This document shows positions 24,311 through 37,941 of a DNA stretch of 64,000 nt, one piece after another. Source of the stretch: Takakia lepidozioides (lineage: Eukaryota > Plantae > Bryophyta); assembly GCA_030704615.1 (NCBI GenBank), contig CM060734.1:59086001-59150000 (forward strand). Direction: 5' to 3'. The notes beneath the pieces are model-generated. The model saw only the letters and a program-made list of their open reading frames with translations. It was not told where the DNA came from and did no database searches. A program made the translations under genes and the position numbers. The number at the start of each line of letters is the position of its first letter. The first letter of the stretch is position 1.

Positions 24311-26135
24311 ATCGACAGAGAAATCGCATGTGACAACAAGCTTGGTCCACACACTGTTCCAAATTCAGAGGATTGGTCTGATGAAGCTGGTTTCACACAA
24401 TACTCCACCCCGATATAATCAAGAAGTGCAAAACATGAAGAGCTGCAGGCACTTGATATTCTTTGACTCGAAAGGCGTTTCTGGAATACATGTATGCGGT
24501 AAGGCCGAGCCTGTACTCACTTGTCTTTCTTAATACATGTTTGTATTTCGTTTTGTACTCATCCCTATTTTGATCAATGCAGCAAGAGCTGGCAGAGGCA
24601 GCTGAGAATGGGAAATCCAAATACTACCACACTACAACAGAGGAACTTAGGACATCAAAGGGTGTGGAAGCAGCAATAAAGAAGGAGTATGAAATCCGCA
24701 GAACCAAACTAATGTCCGCCTTCGGAAAGCAGCTTAGAATAGTATATCCTGGCCTTGGTGTTGAGTTCCTTCTGTAGATCAAATCTCACTATGACAAGCA
24801 TGTGCACCCGGAGATGCAGCAGGAGAAATTGCACCGGCTGGCCATCTCCATGGTCGACCCCCAAACCAAAATACGGTGGCTGGAGATTTGGAACTCAGAT
24901 CAGACAGTGAAGGACTTGAATCAGTTCCCAAAGAACACTATACAGCTTGGCACAAAGGTGGAAGAAATCAGTGACATTGTATTTGACAACTGGCTACATT
25001 TTGGAGTCAGGTATGTATTCAAATAAATTCCATTTTTGTTGACTTCATGAATGTGATGAGTACCTTATTTGCAAAACTGACACAAGAACAAATCTCATCT
25101 TCAAAGTGGTGAAAGCGGTTGGCGTCCCGTACAACAATTGAATTCGATGACAACTACTGGAGTTGGGTGTTTGGGTTCTGCAATAATTTCCTCTCTGATG
25201 CAGGGACACTTCTGTTGTTTCAATCATGTGGCAAAGATAGTCGTCGGGCCTTGGCATCATACCTGAAGTCCTCTAGGTTTGAAGTTTTGCGCACATGGAA
25301 TTGTGTGAACATCCTATACCTTGTGAAAGGGGGTTGTCCTGGTCAGCTGGTATGCCGTCTCCCTTCTTCTTGTGCTTTCATGCTGCGTTTCAATGTTCTC
25401 TGCAGCTCCACTATAGAAGAATGTGTAATGATCAACACCGATCATGACAGATTCGTGACAAAACAGATTGTTGTATGCTTTTGTTTTGAATTTTGAGTGT
25501 GCAAACTTCCACTATAGTTTGTATTTACCACCCTAACCTGCAGTCTTTGGTAGACGAGGATGTTCGAGGCGATCTGCCTGCGGAGGATTCGCGCCTCAAA
25601 GACACCATCCTCCGTCCGTAGCTTTGAGATTTCTGACCAGGGTTGTTTCGTCAACCCCCCGTATGAGCCGCATGTTTATGACATTTTGTACAACTTCATG
25701 CAGTCCAGTCAGACTCTCAAGAGACCAGATGGCACTCCCTGAAGAGGTGCAAAGGAAAAACCCCATCGTTCATGTAGATACTGCTGGAGTCATGAAGCCA
25801 CCATTCTGCACGGGTGGTCAATCTTTCTGTGTCCACAGGTTCGTTCTCTCCCTTCCTAATTGATTTGCTTTCACCAATTTCATCTTCTTAAAGCCCCCCC
25901 CACCAACCTATTCATGTCCTCCTGTCTGGTGCAGGAGCAACTTACCATGCATGCAAGGCAGGCGGAAGAAGCCTTTTTGGCATGGAGGGTGATTCTGACC
26001 TTTACAAGACAGTGCTCCTCTCCCTTTTGTCTGGCTCCACTTCAGACACACAGACTGAGAGGATTCAAATCCGAAATGATGACGATCCCGAGGATAAGCA
26101 GGTCGACAACGATTTTTCATGTGAGTAAGTCCTAA
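24311..26135 (+). pseudogene. Diverged, 5'-truncated copy of the ParB-associated amino-methyltransferase-fold gene
   Basis: Matches the 52-57 kb gene: TEKSHVTTSLVHTL ~ TENAFIATNLSHMF; EKLHRLAISMVD..RWLEIWN ~ EKLHRLATSCVD..RWLQIWN; FDDNYW..FGF..FLSDAG ~ FTEDYW..FGL..LLDDGG; YDILYNF ~ YDVLYNY; GATYHACKAGGRSLFGMEGD ~ GASMWAGTLSDRHVFAFEPD. GT-AG introns are present. Confidence 0.8.
25081..25138 (-). pseudogene. Captured DYW-domain tail fragment
   Basis: The reverse strand reads [19 protein letters not shown] and aligns with 4441-4500. Confidence 0.9.
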
Positions 26136-27133
26136 ACCCACTTTGGGAGCCATACTCAATTTCTCGGCCATCAAATTTATAGTAATAATTTTTTTCGGGC
26201 TGTGACTTGCATGAAAGGCAGCGATGGATCTTCAGGAGATACCCCCATTTGTGACGAGTCTGTTTTTGACAGCCCCCTTTCCAATTTTCTGCTTCCTGTG
26301 TATGCCGAAGCAATGGCACTTCATGCGGCCTAGTCTCTATCCCCCGACTTTTTATTGCCCGGCCGCAGGTGTAGCCAACGTAGATCCGGAGTTCTTCAAT
26401 ACTTAGACTTAGATGCAGAGGACGCGGGGATACATTGTACTGACTCTGAGTTAGACTGAACTTTGTTCTTTTAATGTTATGTTTCATCCTCTTCGGAAAA
26501 CATTGAATCCCCTTACTCCACTGTAGTTGTTCCGGCGGAAAAAACAGAAAATCAAAGAATCCACTTTCATTCAAATGGCAATATGTATGAATCCATCCCA
26601 CAAACCCCACTCACTCTTCTCATATCCATTGTGCATTCATGCGTGCTCCATTCGTGAATGTTTTCCTTTATTAAACATCCAGTATACATTCATCCACTGT
26701 ACTCTGTAATCCACCCCACAAACCTACCACACTCATGTCATATACATTGTGCATTCATCTATAGTGTATTCATGCATCCTCCAGTCATGAATGTTTTCCA
26801 TTATTCAACATCCATTATACATTCATCCATTTTACTATTACCCATCCCACATTCATCCATCTACTTTCATTTTTTGCACTCATCATCTATTTATCATCCA
26901 CTCTACATTCATCCATCCTTCATTCATCTGTTGCTTTCAGGTGGGATTGACCACGTCCTTTTATTATGTCGTCCAGCTTGTTTCCACGGTGAAGGGTGTT
27001 CTTCCGTGGGAATACACTCCACTTCTTCCTTGGCGCGTGGTGACGGGGCCTTCAAGCGCGATGATGTGGCGTTGGCGCAAGGTGACGTGGCGTGAGCGCA
27101 GTTGCGCTCACGCGCTCACGCCGAGGCATCCCT

Positions 27134-30100
27134 GTCCTCCAATGTGTTGCAGCCTCTGTGACATACTTCTTCAATATCTCCTCCAGCCTTTTCTCATAGT
27201 TTTCCCTCTTCAACTTTTCCTTCTTCTTACTCTTCCTTTTGAACTCTTGCTCTTCTTCCTCATCTAACTCATCTTCAGAGTCCTCATCATCCCTTTTCTC
27301 TCTTCTGAGCATCCCCAATTGCTCAATTCTGTTGGCTGTTTCAAATGCCTCCTCCACTGTACTATGGGGTAGCATGTCCACTTTCTTTTGTAATTCAGGT
27401 CTTAATCCACTCACAAACCAGGTCTTCTATAACCCATGACAGCCAACTTTTTCATCATCAATTCCATCTTTTCCATGTACTCCTCAACAGTTTCATGCTT
27501 CTTTTGCTTTAACTATTGTAAACTCCCATACACTTCATCCTCAGTTTTGCTTGTCATAAACTTGTTTCGGAATGCTGTACTAAGGCCATTCTAGGTTAGG
27601 AAATGATTATCAGGGAATCTTGCATACCATTCACTTGCTTTCTTAATAAGTGAGCATGGGAACAGTCTCATCTTGGCATCATCGCCATTTTCATTGTTCA
27701 CAATACACATGTGGTACATCAAGATCTCCTTTTCTGCATATATTGGAAAATGTGGTTTTGCCCGTGTTGGTTGTACTGCCATCTGCGGCCCTACACCCTG
27801 CCCACTGACAGGTGCTGGTCCCCCTGCTGGTGCTGCTCCTTGAGGACCTGTTGTAGTAGTGGTGGAACCTCCACCAGGTGCTGGCCCCTGAGCACTCCCT
27901 GCTACTGGCCCCACTATATTCACAGTATTCCCAACTCCAGTTGCACTACTTCCCATACTCCCTGTCCCCCTAGAGCCAGATCCAGGCTGTCCGCCTGATC
28001 CCCCTGAGCCGACACCTTCGTTGGCCTGTGATCCAAGTGCTCCACTTGATCCAGGTCCAACAGGTTGGGATGTCCTAGTTGTAGTCTCAACCTCAACTGT
28101 TGGGTCTACTTCTTCATACTCTTCATCTTCCAATTTCTTCTCTCTGTTTTCATCTTCCAAGTTCTGTTCTTGGGTTTCTTCCTCTTCACTCATGTAACTC
28201 AATTACAATGGTGTTGGAGAGTCTGAACTCTCCGTTGGCTCTGCCACATCCTCCCCTCCTTCTTTGTCTTCCGTTTCAGAAACTGGAGTTCCTGCTTTTG
28301 GTGTTCCATGCCAACTCTTATCAAAGATTTCTGTGAAATCTTCTATCCAGGGATGTACCTCAGATCTCTCCCCTCGTGGCTGATCTTCATCCTGTACCAA
28401 ATCCCTTAATCTTTCTTGTAAAGAATAAGAATGAGTGGCATCCAACTCTGGTTCCTCCGGTATGGGTGATGTACTCTCCGATCTTAATGGTGTGAGAGGT
28501 CCAGATGACTCCCCTATGTCTATTCCTCTCTCCCAAAGATATGGATAATTAGCTTTCAAATAACTCTCTCTCTTTGCTGAATATCTTTGAAGTCTAGCTT
28601 CTCTTTCATCACTCATGTCCCATGTCTTTCATATCTTCAATGAGGCAATAACCAAAACTCTCTTCTGTAGTATCTCTCGTATATGCCTGGGTTTCTTTCA
28701 AGCTTCAAAGCACCCTTGGCTATACTAGAAGTCTCTGTTACCATATAACCATATGGCAAACACGTTTGGAAAGCTATTCTTGGTGTAAGTTTGATCCACA
28801 AGATATCCTTGGGAATCCAATTCTTTACCAGTACAAGTTCTTCATGCATATGAGTGTAAACATTCACTTTCCGTTCCTCCCAGCCTTCAAACTCCACTCG
28901 TTTAATGGATAGCAACGCTATCACATAAACCAGCGTTGGTAACCAACTTGCTCTCCCTCTATAGGCCACTTGATAAATCTTTATCACTCCTTTCTCCAGA
29001 CCCCACTCAGGATCTGCATCATGCACTCTCTTAAGAATGTTTTCTTTGCAACCGTCTAGCAATTCCAAGAATCTCTGAAAGAATTGCTTGGACAACCTTT
29101 CTTTCTCAGTTCCACAAGGAATTTGATTCACATCAAATTCTTTAATTCTCCAACCACCATGATCCCACCAGATACCTGTCACATCTGGTTGTTCTTGACC
29201 CAGTTCCCCAGTATGGTCGCCAAATGTCGAGCGGCTTTTACTCACCCATCCCTTCGCTATCCGAGGTGGAAACTCCAAGATAGAAGAGTTGGATATCTCT
29301 AAGCACTCAGCCCACTCAGAACAATCAGTCATGACCTACAGCTATTGAATCATGGTTGTGCTTCCTATTTGTATTTCTTCTTGCCTTCATGTTTGCAATC
29401 TACCTTACTGTGTATACTGAAACATCAGATTGCTTCAGTATCTACCAGGTTCCATTCACTCATCCATTCATTCCACAGCTTCACTCATGTCTCTCTACAC
29501 AATGTGTTTGTATCGAATAAGTATCAGATTATGATTTATCAGGTATCAGGCCAATGCCATGGTATCTCCAATCTGCCCTACAGTATCACTATAGTTTTGC
29601 ATGTAACAAGCATCTACTGTTCATCTTTCCTCCTTCACCGTGCTCTCCATTCTTGCTCCCGTACTTGCTCTCCGCCTGATCTCCTCTCATGCATGTCCAA
29701 GAAGCGCTCCCCGTGTAAAAAGTGCCCCCTACTGGTGCTGCTCTGCCTAATCTATCTGCAAGCTGTTCCAACCGCCTAACTAACTAACTGTCACCCCTGA
29801 AGTAACACGTTCCCTCTGCAGATGTCGTTCCCACACAGTAGTTCCTTACTAATGATAACCGTTCCCTTCGTGCGCTGTGATGGGTTGTGCCAAACTGTGT
29901 TGGGATGTGACTCTGTCGAGCTGTGACTGGCTGTGTAAAGCTGTGTCGGGCTGTGTCGTGCTGTGTCGGGCTGTGATAAGCTATGATAGGTTGTGTAAAG
30001 CTGTGTCGGGCTGTGTCGTGCTGTGACTGGCTGTGCGTAGCTGTGTCGGGTTGTGATAAGCTATGATAGACTGTGACGGCTGTGTCGGGCTGTGATAACC

Positions 30101-30236
30101 CATGACTTGACTATGTGAGCCTGTCTACCACCCCTAAACCTGTGTGGCCTAAGTCTACCATCTGTAAGTCTGCGCAAAATTAAGGGTACCCCACAGAACC
30201 TGTAAAAGCATCTAAGTCCCAAACAACCCTCTAACA
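27134..30236 (-). mobile_element. Gypsy family A, 5' half (terminal repeat, ORF0, gag truncated before the zinc knuckles)
   Basis: Colinear with 21281-24256. The terminus ...ccctctaaca at 30236 abuts the pol of another Gypsy. Confidence 0.9.
28637..29332 (-). CDS. Gypsy ORF0, 231 aa, unknown function
   Basis: Uninterrupted ATG-TGA ORF, conserved in the other family copies, ending 20 nt before the gag ATG. Confidence 0.6.
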   Translation of the reverse strand: MTDCSEWAECLEISNSSILEFPPRIAKGWVSKSRSTFGDHTGELGQEQPDVTGIWWDHGGWRIKEFDVNQIPCGTEKERLSKQFFQRFLELLDGCKENILKRVHDADPEWGLEKGVIKIYQVAYRGRASWLPTLVYVIALLSIKRVEFEGWEERKVNVYTHMHEELVLVKNWIPKDILWIKLTPRIAFQTCLPYGYMVTETSSIAKGALKLERNPGIYERYYRREFWLLPH

Positions 30237-32066
30237 GACACTACAAGAATGCTTCATCCGGTGCAGAGAAAATGGGATATCTCTCAATCCAATGAAGTGC
30301 ATATTTGCAGGCACACATGGACTGCTCCTGGGACATATAGTGTCCAGAGACGGCGTGGCGACAGACCCCGCAAAAGTGAGCGCCATTGTCGAACTTCCCG
30401 CACCAGAGACGTCGTCCAAAGTGAAGGGATTCCTTGGCCACACAGGGTGGTATAGGAAATTTATGGATAAGTATGCAGCAGAGGCATTACCTCTGACTCA
30501 ACTATTGAGGAAGAACCAGGTATTTTCTTGGGATGCAGGGTGTTAGGAGTCTTTTGAAATGCTCAAGGAACGGTTGGTGTGATCTGCACTAGTCTTGGCA
30601 GCTCCGGATTGGAACACGCCTTTTCATGTTTATGTTGATGCTTCAGCGGTGGCAGTAAGATGTGCCCTTTGCCAACCAGACGCTGATGGCCATGATAATC
30701 CAATATCTTTCCCCAGTCGACAGCTGACATTCGCTGAGACTAGGTACAGCACCACGGAGCGAGAGGCTCTGGGAATGATTTTTGCCGTGAAGAAATATCG
30801 GCATTATTTATTGGAGACCCCGTTTACATTCTTTGTTGATCACATGGCATTGCGGTACTTGATCAACAAACCTGACCTGACAGGGAGAATAGCAAGATGG
30901 GTCATTTTACTTCAGGAATTCGACTACAAGGTAGTCTACAAACCGGGAAGGCTGAACGCCCAGGCCGATCATCTCTCGCGGTTGTCAGAGAAGATAGGGG
31001 ACGAGCCTATAGACGATGATTTTCCGGATGCCTTCTTATTCTCGATTGAGATGGTTCCTCCTTGGTACGAACACATTGCTCAGTATCTTAGCACCCTGGA
31101 ATTTCCACCAGGAATGGATCGACACGCACGAAGACGACTTCGATTGCGCAGTATGAAGTTTGCCCTTGTGGGAGGGCAACTTTATAGGAGGGGATTGGAT
31201 GGACTCTTGAGGCGATGCGTCACTCCAGAGGAGGCTCCCCAGATTTTAGAGTCGGCTCATGACAGCATGTGCGGAGGACACTTTGCAGGGCGACTCACGG
31301 TCCAAAAATTTTTGAGGGCAGGATATTACTGGCCCTCCATGTTCAAAGATGCGCACATACATGTGCAAAAATGCGACTCTTGCCAGAGGTACGCTAAAAG
31401 GGATAACAGGCTTGGAATGCCGTTAGTTCCCACTCTCCCCCTTGCTCCGTTTGAGAAGTGGGGAATCGACTACGTAGGGGAAGTGCACCCCGCTTCAAGT
31501 CGACAAAATCGCTACATCATCGTAGCCACTGAGTATCTGACCAAGTGGGCAGAGGCCAAGGCGGTCAAGAGGGCCAACGCCCAGGTAACCGCCTCTTTCA
31601 TTTATGAAAATATTATTTCCCGATTCGGATGCCCTAAGGAGATAGTGAGTGACATGGGCTCTCATTTTATTAACGACGTCATCGAAGAAATGATGGCAGC
31701 ATTCTCCATCAAGCATCACAAGGCTACCCCCTATCACCCTCAGACAAGTGGTCAAGTAGAGCGCGCCAATCAGAGGGGTTAGACGAGCTTCGGCAGGCAG
31801 CAGCTCAACACATTGAGGCCGTCCAGCAAAGGAGGAAGGCTCGGTTTGACCTGAAGCGCAAAAAAAGGATTTTTGATCCATGAGATCTGGTATTATTGTT
31901 CGACAGTCGAAACGAGGAATTCGAGGCCAAGTTCGACTCATACTGGATGGGGCCCTATCTTGTCAAGACAGTCTTTGACAACGACTCATTACAATTGGAG
32001 ACACTAAGGGGAGTGGAGTTCCCCAATCTGGTGAACGGTGTCCGGTGCAAGCACTACTACATGTGA
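30237..32066 (+). mobile_element. Ty3/Gypsy family B pol remnant (RT end, RNase H, integrase)
   Basis: LLGHIVS..DPAKV..FLGHTGWYRKF; YVDAS...TEREALG...ADHLSR; GHFAG..CDSC, WGIDYVG, SDMGSHF, GQVERAN, WMGPY. Confidence 0.93.
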
Positions 32067-35000
32067 GTTCCTTTAACCAATGAATTATTTCCCCCCATTA
32101 AGGGAAAGGTGCTAAGGGAGATCTTAGTGGCCTTTGCCCTGTCGGGAGAAATCTTTAGGATTTCTACCCGGTTTTTCGGAAGGAAATGTTGGTATTTCCT
32201 ATCCATGATTCATTGGATATTGGAGCTCTATAAAGGTGGAGTGCAGGGCAACTAAGTTGCAATCATCCAATGAGACTTCTCTACTGGGAAGAGGTCAATA
32301 GGACTCTTACCCGTTAGGTTGTTGTACACCCTTTATTGGAGTTCCAAAGGTAGACCTTGGGAGGAGTGGTTGCTGCTCCCCTCACATGAGTGAAGGATGT
32401 TCGGCACAAGAAAACCCAGAAGTGCCTATGACCTTTTTAGCATTAGGATATGTTGGTCCGTCTATTACTAGAGTGTGGTCCTCTGAGGTTCAGAAAGTAT
32501 CCAAGTTTTTAGTTGTCTCACCATGAAATCTGCGATCCGGCGAGTCATGAAGATAGTTACCAGAGTGTGGTCCTCTGAGGTTCAGAATATATCCAATATT
32601 TTCCGTTGACGCGGGAGCTGCTCTTTAGCCCTCCCAGGTGCTTCCTGTTTAGGGGCATTTAGGCCCGTCCGAGCTCGAGTCGAGGCCCTAGCATTTAGAA
32701 CCAAAGTCATATGATTATCAAATTGCACCGCGCATATCTCTCTTGCATCATCTAGGGGCTTCGAACCCAGTCCGGTGGGGGAGAATGGCGGTTTTGAAGT
32801 ATTTTTTATCTGGGAACTCCAACTCTCTCCGAAGAGGGCGAGTCGAGTGGTTTTGAAGAATTTTTTTGGCTTATTCTTTTTATTTTTCCATCCTCTCTCC
32901 CGGAAGACTTGAACTCTCCGAAGAGGGAGAGCCGACGGGAAATTACTCTTCATCTTTTTCATGTCACTTAAGAGAGTCGTTGACTCCAAGGGATATCAGT
33001 GATACCCTAGTAGGGGGATTGTGCGAACCAGAGATTATGAGTTCTTTTACACTCGGGGCGAGTGTTCCCCATTGGTCGCCATATATGTAGATGCATATAT
33101 TGGTACATATTTATTTTCAGATCGTTTTTGATCTTAATGCAGACAGTTTAGGCATTGTACTGCCAAAGCAGGGCAGTTTGTGAGTTATCTGGGAATTGCT
33201 GGTAAAGCACGTATGAATTTAGATTATGTCTGAGACGACCATGGAGGAGCTCTGGCATCAAAATGACCGTAGGGAGCTGCATCGACAGCGAGTTAGGCTG
33301 CCAATTCGGTACCAGTAACGACAACATGCACCTGTTCGAAACAATACATGACGACTGTTCCAGTCCCGGATTGCGATCTCTCTATTCTCCCGCCTTTCAA
33401 GTCCAGTAAGAGCACGCGGCGAGGAGTCTTGGCAATTGGAGGAAACAATCTGTACAACGATGAAATATCGCGACAATGCAAGTGCTGCATCGGAGCAAAC
33501 GACGGGTGAAGGAGCTTCCCGACAAAGTTTTGAACTCCTCAACGATGCAAAGTGTGTAGGAGGAAACTCCAGATGATCTGTGACCCAGTGGCAGGGCCAA
33601 AGACCCCCTGGGGGCACCACCAGTATTTTTACTGCCAGGAAGCAGCAGACTGCCTATATGGCGAAACCATGGAAACCAATCAAAGGTGTGGCTTTTCTTC
33701 CCCGATTCCCTTGAGATTTTGTGGGAAGCTACGAGCCATCTAATTATAAATGTTCACCAAGTTTGAGGATTTTTGGAGGTGATGAAAGACGGCACCAAAT
33801 TATCACGCCGGAGGCAGTTGTGAAAGGCGATTAAATGGAATTCTAGTTCATCCAATGGATGAAATCTGGAAATTCGACCTGCAAGCTGGAGGATGAAAAG
33901 ACAACCTAGCGCCAACTGGTCATCCATTGGATGGATGAAAAACCAGATTTATTATTAACACCAATGTTTTCCATCCATGGTTATTATTCTATGGTGTTCT
34001 ATCGTTTTTAAATTATAGATTCATGTAGGAAATAATAGTTTAAGACTATCCTTCACTAGTTTAAGAGGCCCCAAAAACACAATAAAAGAAGAGCATGCTC
34101 CTCTTGTTCTTCAATCTAGTCTCATTTCCTTGTTTTGGCTTCTTGCTTGTGTAGTTAGTTTTGAGTTTGAGGGAGCTAGTTCCTAGAGAGTTGAGCTTGT
34201 GGCTCTCTAGTATTAGAAGCAAGCATATTGAGAGCATAATAGTCCTAGCTCAAGGCCTTGTGACCATTTGAGGCAAGAAGTAGAGGAAACGCTCCATGAA
34301 GTGGGAGACTTGAGGACGAGTAGGAGTGCCGGAGGAGGACCAAGCTTGAGTACCATTCTACCGAGCGATTTAGTGCATCCCAAGCACCACTTGTTTCAGA
34401 GGGTGACTTACCATACATTCTTGACCTTTGAATTCATTCATTTCATTTGTTGTTCAAGCTTTGTCCAAGGAAAGGACCTTATAAACATTGTTTGCTAAAA
34501 ATCTATAAAAACTAACCCTCTTTCAAGAGGATGTGTGTGCATCTCTATGTACATGTGTGAAGAGCACAGGTGTGAAGCCCCAGGAGATAGGGCCTTAGGA
34601 ATCTAACCCAATTACGTCATGGAAGTGAGGGTAGATTTCCATTATTATGTTTGAAGAGAGGGTGGGCTTGCATGAAGTGACGAAGCTTTTGTCAAATTTT
34701 CCCTTTCTAGCCTAGTGGCGACGGCCATATTGCATGAGACGGTGAAGCTATCGCCAAAATTTCCATATTATTAAGATCATATCTATGATTCATAAGCCCC
34801 CTGGCCATAGAGGACCATGGGAGGCGTTGCTAACTAACTTATAAGTGGTTAAGCTATTTTGTAGAGGGTTGCCAAAAAGGGCAGATCCCAACACTTAAGT
34901 GCTGGCGCCTTAGACGCCTTTGGGTTGGAGGTCAACCAAGGAGGTTGCCTAGAATCGCCATGGAGTGGCGCCTCTAACGCGGGTGGCGTGGCCTGCCCCC

Positions 35001-36394
35001 GTGGGAAGAGTTGACCCCTGGAGCAAAATACGCTCACTGGGGTACTGCGTGGCAGCACCAGGCGCCATAGTTGGGCCCGCGCAGGTACGACACGAGCGGC
35101 AGAGACGACAGAGCCTACCTATTACCGCTGGACCTACATCGGCGGCGGCCCAGCCACGCCGCGCCACGTAGCACTGGCCGCGGGGTATCAACTTAACCGC
35201 TGGGTAATTCGACGGACCCTGCCAGGGACTGTAGGTCCCTGGATCGGGTATTTTAAGGGGGGTTTTCTCCCTATGCCTTTGATTTCTTGTGCACTATTCA
35301 TAGTATTCTTCTTATATGAGAATAAAGGCGTGTTTTAGCCAAGGATAAGAGATGGCTGAAATCATTGGATAGGCCCCAACGAGGCCATCAGTTTGATATG
35401 TATTCTGGGGTTTGTGAAAGCACGGCTCACGGGTAGATGCCACAGGCAGAGAGGGAGAGCCCAGAGACATGAAGGAGAGAATCCCTGCTGGGGTTTCACA
35501 AGGTAGAAGATGACATGTTTCAACTTCGTTCTAGGCTGGTTGCTTGCATAAAGTAATCAGATTATATTGGAACTAGGTGGAAGAGGCGTAGGGAATGGAC
35601 CCTGGACCCACTGATTGTTTAATCATTGTTTGCACACCAGGGTGGCGAGCAGATGAGAAACTGTTGGGCGGCAAATTTCATTCATCCTGGCCCGGTGATG
35701 GTTTAAGTTGCTAATGCGCTCTTGAGTGGTTTGGTGTAGGAATTTAGAGGCGCTCCCAAGTAGAGAGCGGTTCCCCAATGCTCCCGGCATAAAAGGGTGT
35801 TCCCAGGACGTTCCCCTGGTATCTTGAGGGTAATGTAGTTACCTCCTGCATCCTGCGATTCTCTATTTCTACGAATTTCATGCATTTGTAGGAATATTTT
35901 AATGATTTGTCTTTATTATTTAGCAGAATAATTCGCCTTTATTAAGGGATTTTATCCGGACCCCCTTAACTTTGAAACGCAAGTTTAAAGGGCGGTATTG
36001 CCCCCTTCCGCCGAGGTTATTTGAAGTCAGGTACCCGGGCGCTTGGGGGGGGGGGGGGGGAGCTTGGGGCCAAGGATCGGCCATTGTTATTAAACCTCGA
36101 GAATTACCTATAGGTTGAATTATTATCATTCACCCCATGGACTGACCATTGAGGTGACATTTTGGGATCGCTCTAAGAAGGAGATACTGACTTGGGAAAG
36201 CGGATCCGGTCCCTTCCTAGGATGTATGACACTCATCTACCTCGGGATTTAGGGGGGGCATTGGGCGGGAGATAAATGATCCCCGCCTCCCTGGGCTCGG
36301 GATTCGTTTTGTGAAGGGATTTGAAGGTTCGTCCCGGCTATAAGCGTGTTGGGAGTCCAGGCATCATAGTGATAGATTCGTGAGGATGTTGCTA

Positions 36395-37520
36395 TAACCT
36401 TGTGTCTATTAGAGAAAGAGTTCCCCCCTTCTTTCTTTGATGTCATGACCCATTTGCTAGTTCATCTCGTAGATGAACTAAACGCATGTAGTCCGGTGTC
36501 TTCATGGTGGATGTATCCCATGTATCCCAGCGTTACATAAAAGATCTCAAACGATACGTTAAGAATTACGCAAAGCCAGAAGAGAGTATGGCTGTAAGGT
36601 ATGTTCTTGATGAAGCCATGGGGTTCACGACTGAGTATATGCAATTATTTGATGCAACTCAACGGCAGATTTGGGATGCAAATGCGGAGGAAGGGGTTGA
36701 GAACGAGGTCTTGGAAGGTGTTGGCAAAAAGCGGGACATGACTGGAGCTAAGAGAGATGCAGCACATTTGTATGTGCTGAACAATACCAATGTGATGGTT
36801 CCTTGGATGCAGTGAGTTCTTCTTTCATTGCACCTTATTCATATCAAGTTCAATTGCAATTCTGACTGTCACCAATGTAATCAAACCACGTACAAAGTCA
36901 CAAATGTCAGTGGTTCATCGTGATTATAACCACTTCTGTAATAACTGAATGTCTGAGTGAGTGACTTTTTGGAAGAACATGTTCATTTACAAGTCATTCT
37001 GCTCACTCCTCCAGTGATTTGAAACAGTGGTTTTCAAAGTATCATTCATGCTAGGTATTTTTTGCAAAGTAATGCAACACTTCATTGCTAACACGTGTTA
37101 TTTTTGTTGACATTTTGTGATAGAAAGTATGCAACAGAGAAGGCACAGTTCACAGCAAATAGAGAGACATGTGCTCGTGAGTGGCGTGTCAATCATCGAC
37201 GTCATCGCAGTCTGCAACCTTCCGGTGCAATACCCTCACCATTTGTTGGAGTTTCTATCCCTACCGGTATGGATACGCCGTGCAGTCCAGGCCCATGTCT
37301 TTGAGCATAGTGTTGAGGATACGGATGTAATAATTTGTCTACTCTCCCCTCATTGAGATCAGCTTCATTTCGTGGCATGAAAACATATGGAAATCATTAT
37401 CAAGTGGACGACACAGAGAGTCGTTTTTTTTTTTTTTTGGGATTCCGGAGTTGCATCCGTTTTCCACCAACAGAGTAGAAATAGTGTGCGTGATAGAAAT
37501 CCAGTCATGTCACCATTAGA
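36395..37520 (+). mobile_element. CACTA/EnSpm transposase remnant (DUF4218/DUF4216-like region)
   Basis: TLCLLEKEFPPSFFDVMTHLLVHLVDEL...WMYP...LKRYVKNYAKPEESMA..Y..DEAMGFTTEY, followed by GNHYQV..DSGVAS. Confidence 0.85.
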
Positions 37521-37941
37521 CACGCATAACTAGTTTGGGAGGCTGCCACCTCTAGCATCATCGCAAGTTGTATAAAAAACAATTATATTTCGAGAAGTAT
37601 GCAGTCTAGGTTTGACACGGGTAGCATCTTCGATATTTGCACCACATGACTCTTTCATGTGGGCTTGGTTTTCAAGGGGCTTGGTTTCAAGAGGCTGATT
37701 CCAGGTATCATTAACTTCTAACACTACATGCCATTGCATATTATTGAACATTACGAGGCATTGTAGGATTCATGTAGAGCAATTTCTCATCTTTTGTCCA
37801 TACAATTTTTCCTACTTTTCTCCAGCCAGACTATTGTGCTTCTATGGTCCAGCGAAGAAAGATGTTGTATAGTGAGCTCTCGTTGGGCTCAATTCTAGAT
37901 TGAATTGAAATCTATCTTTTTTTTTGTACTCATTATTCGTA

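Noticed and set aside
27090-27134. Helitron 3' end
   Set aside because: A hairpin is present, but there is no CTRR terminus at the expected distance and no Rep/helicase remnants
32070-36390. LTR(s) or further TE pieces after the second Gypsy pol, including a G16 run at 36045-36060 and a direct repeat of about 30 bp at 32470/32562
   Set aside because: They look repeat-derived, but no paired copy, terminus or coding motif could be established within the window
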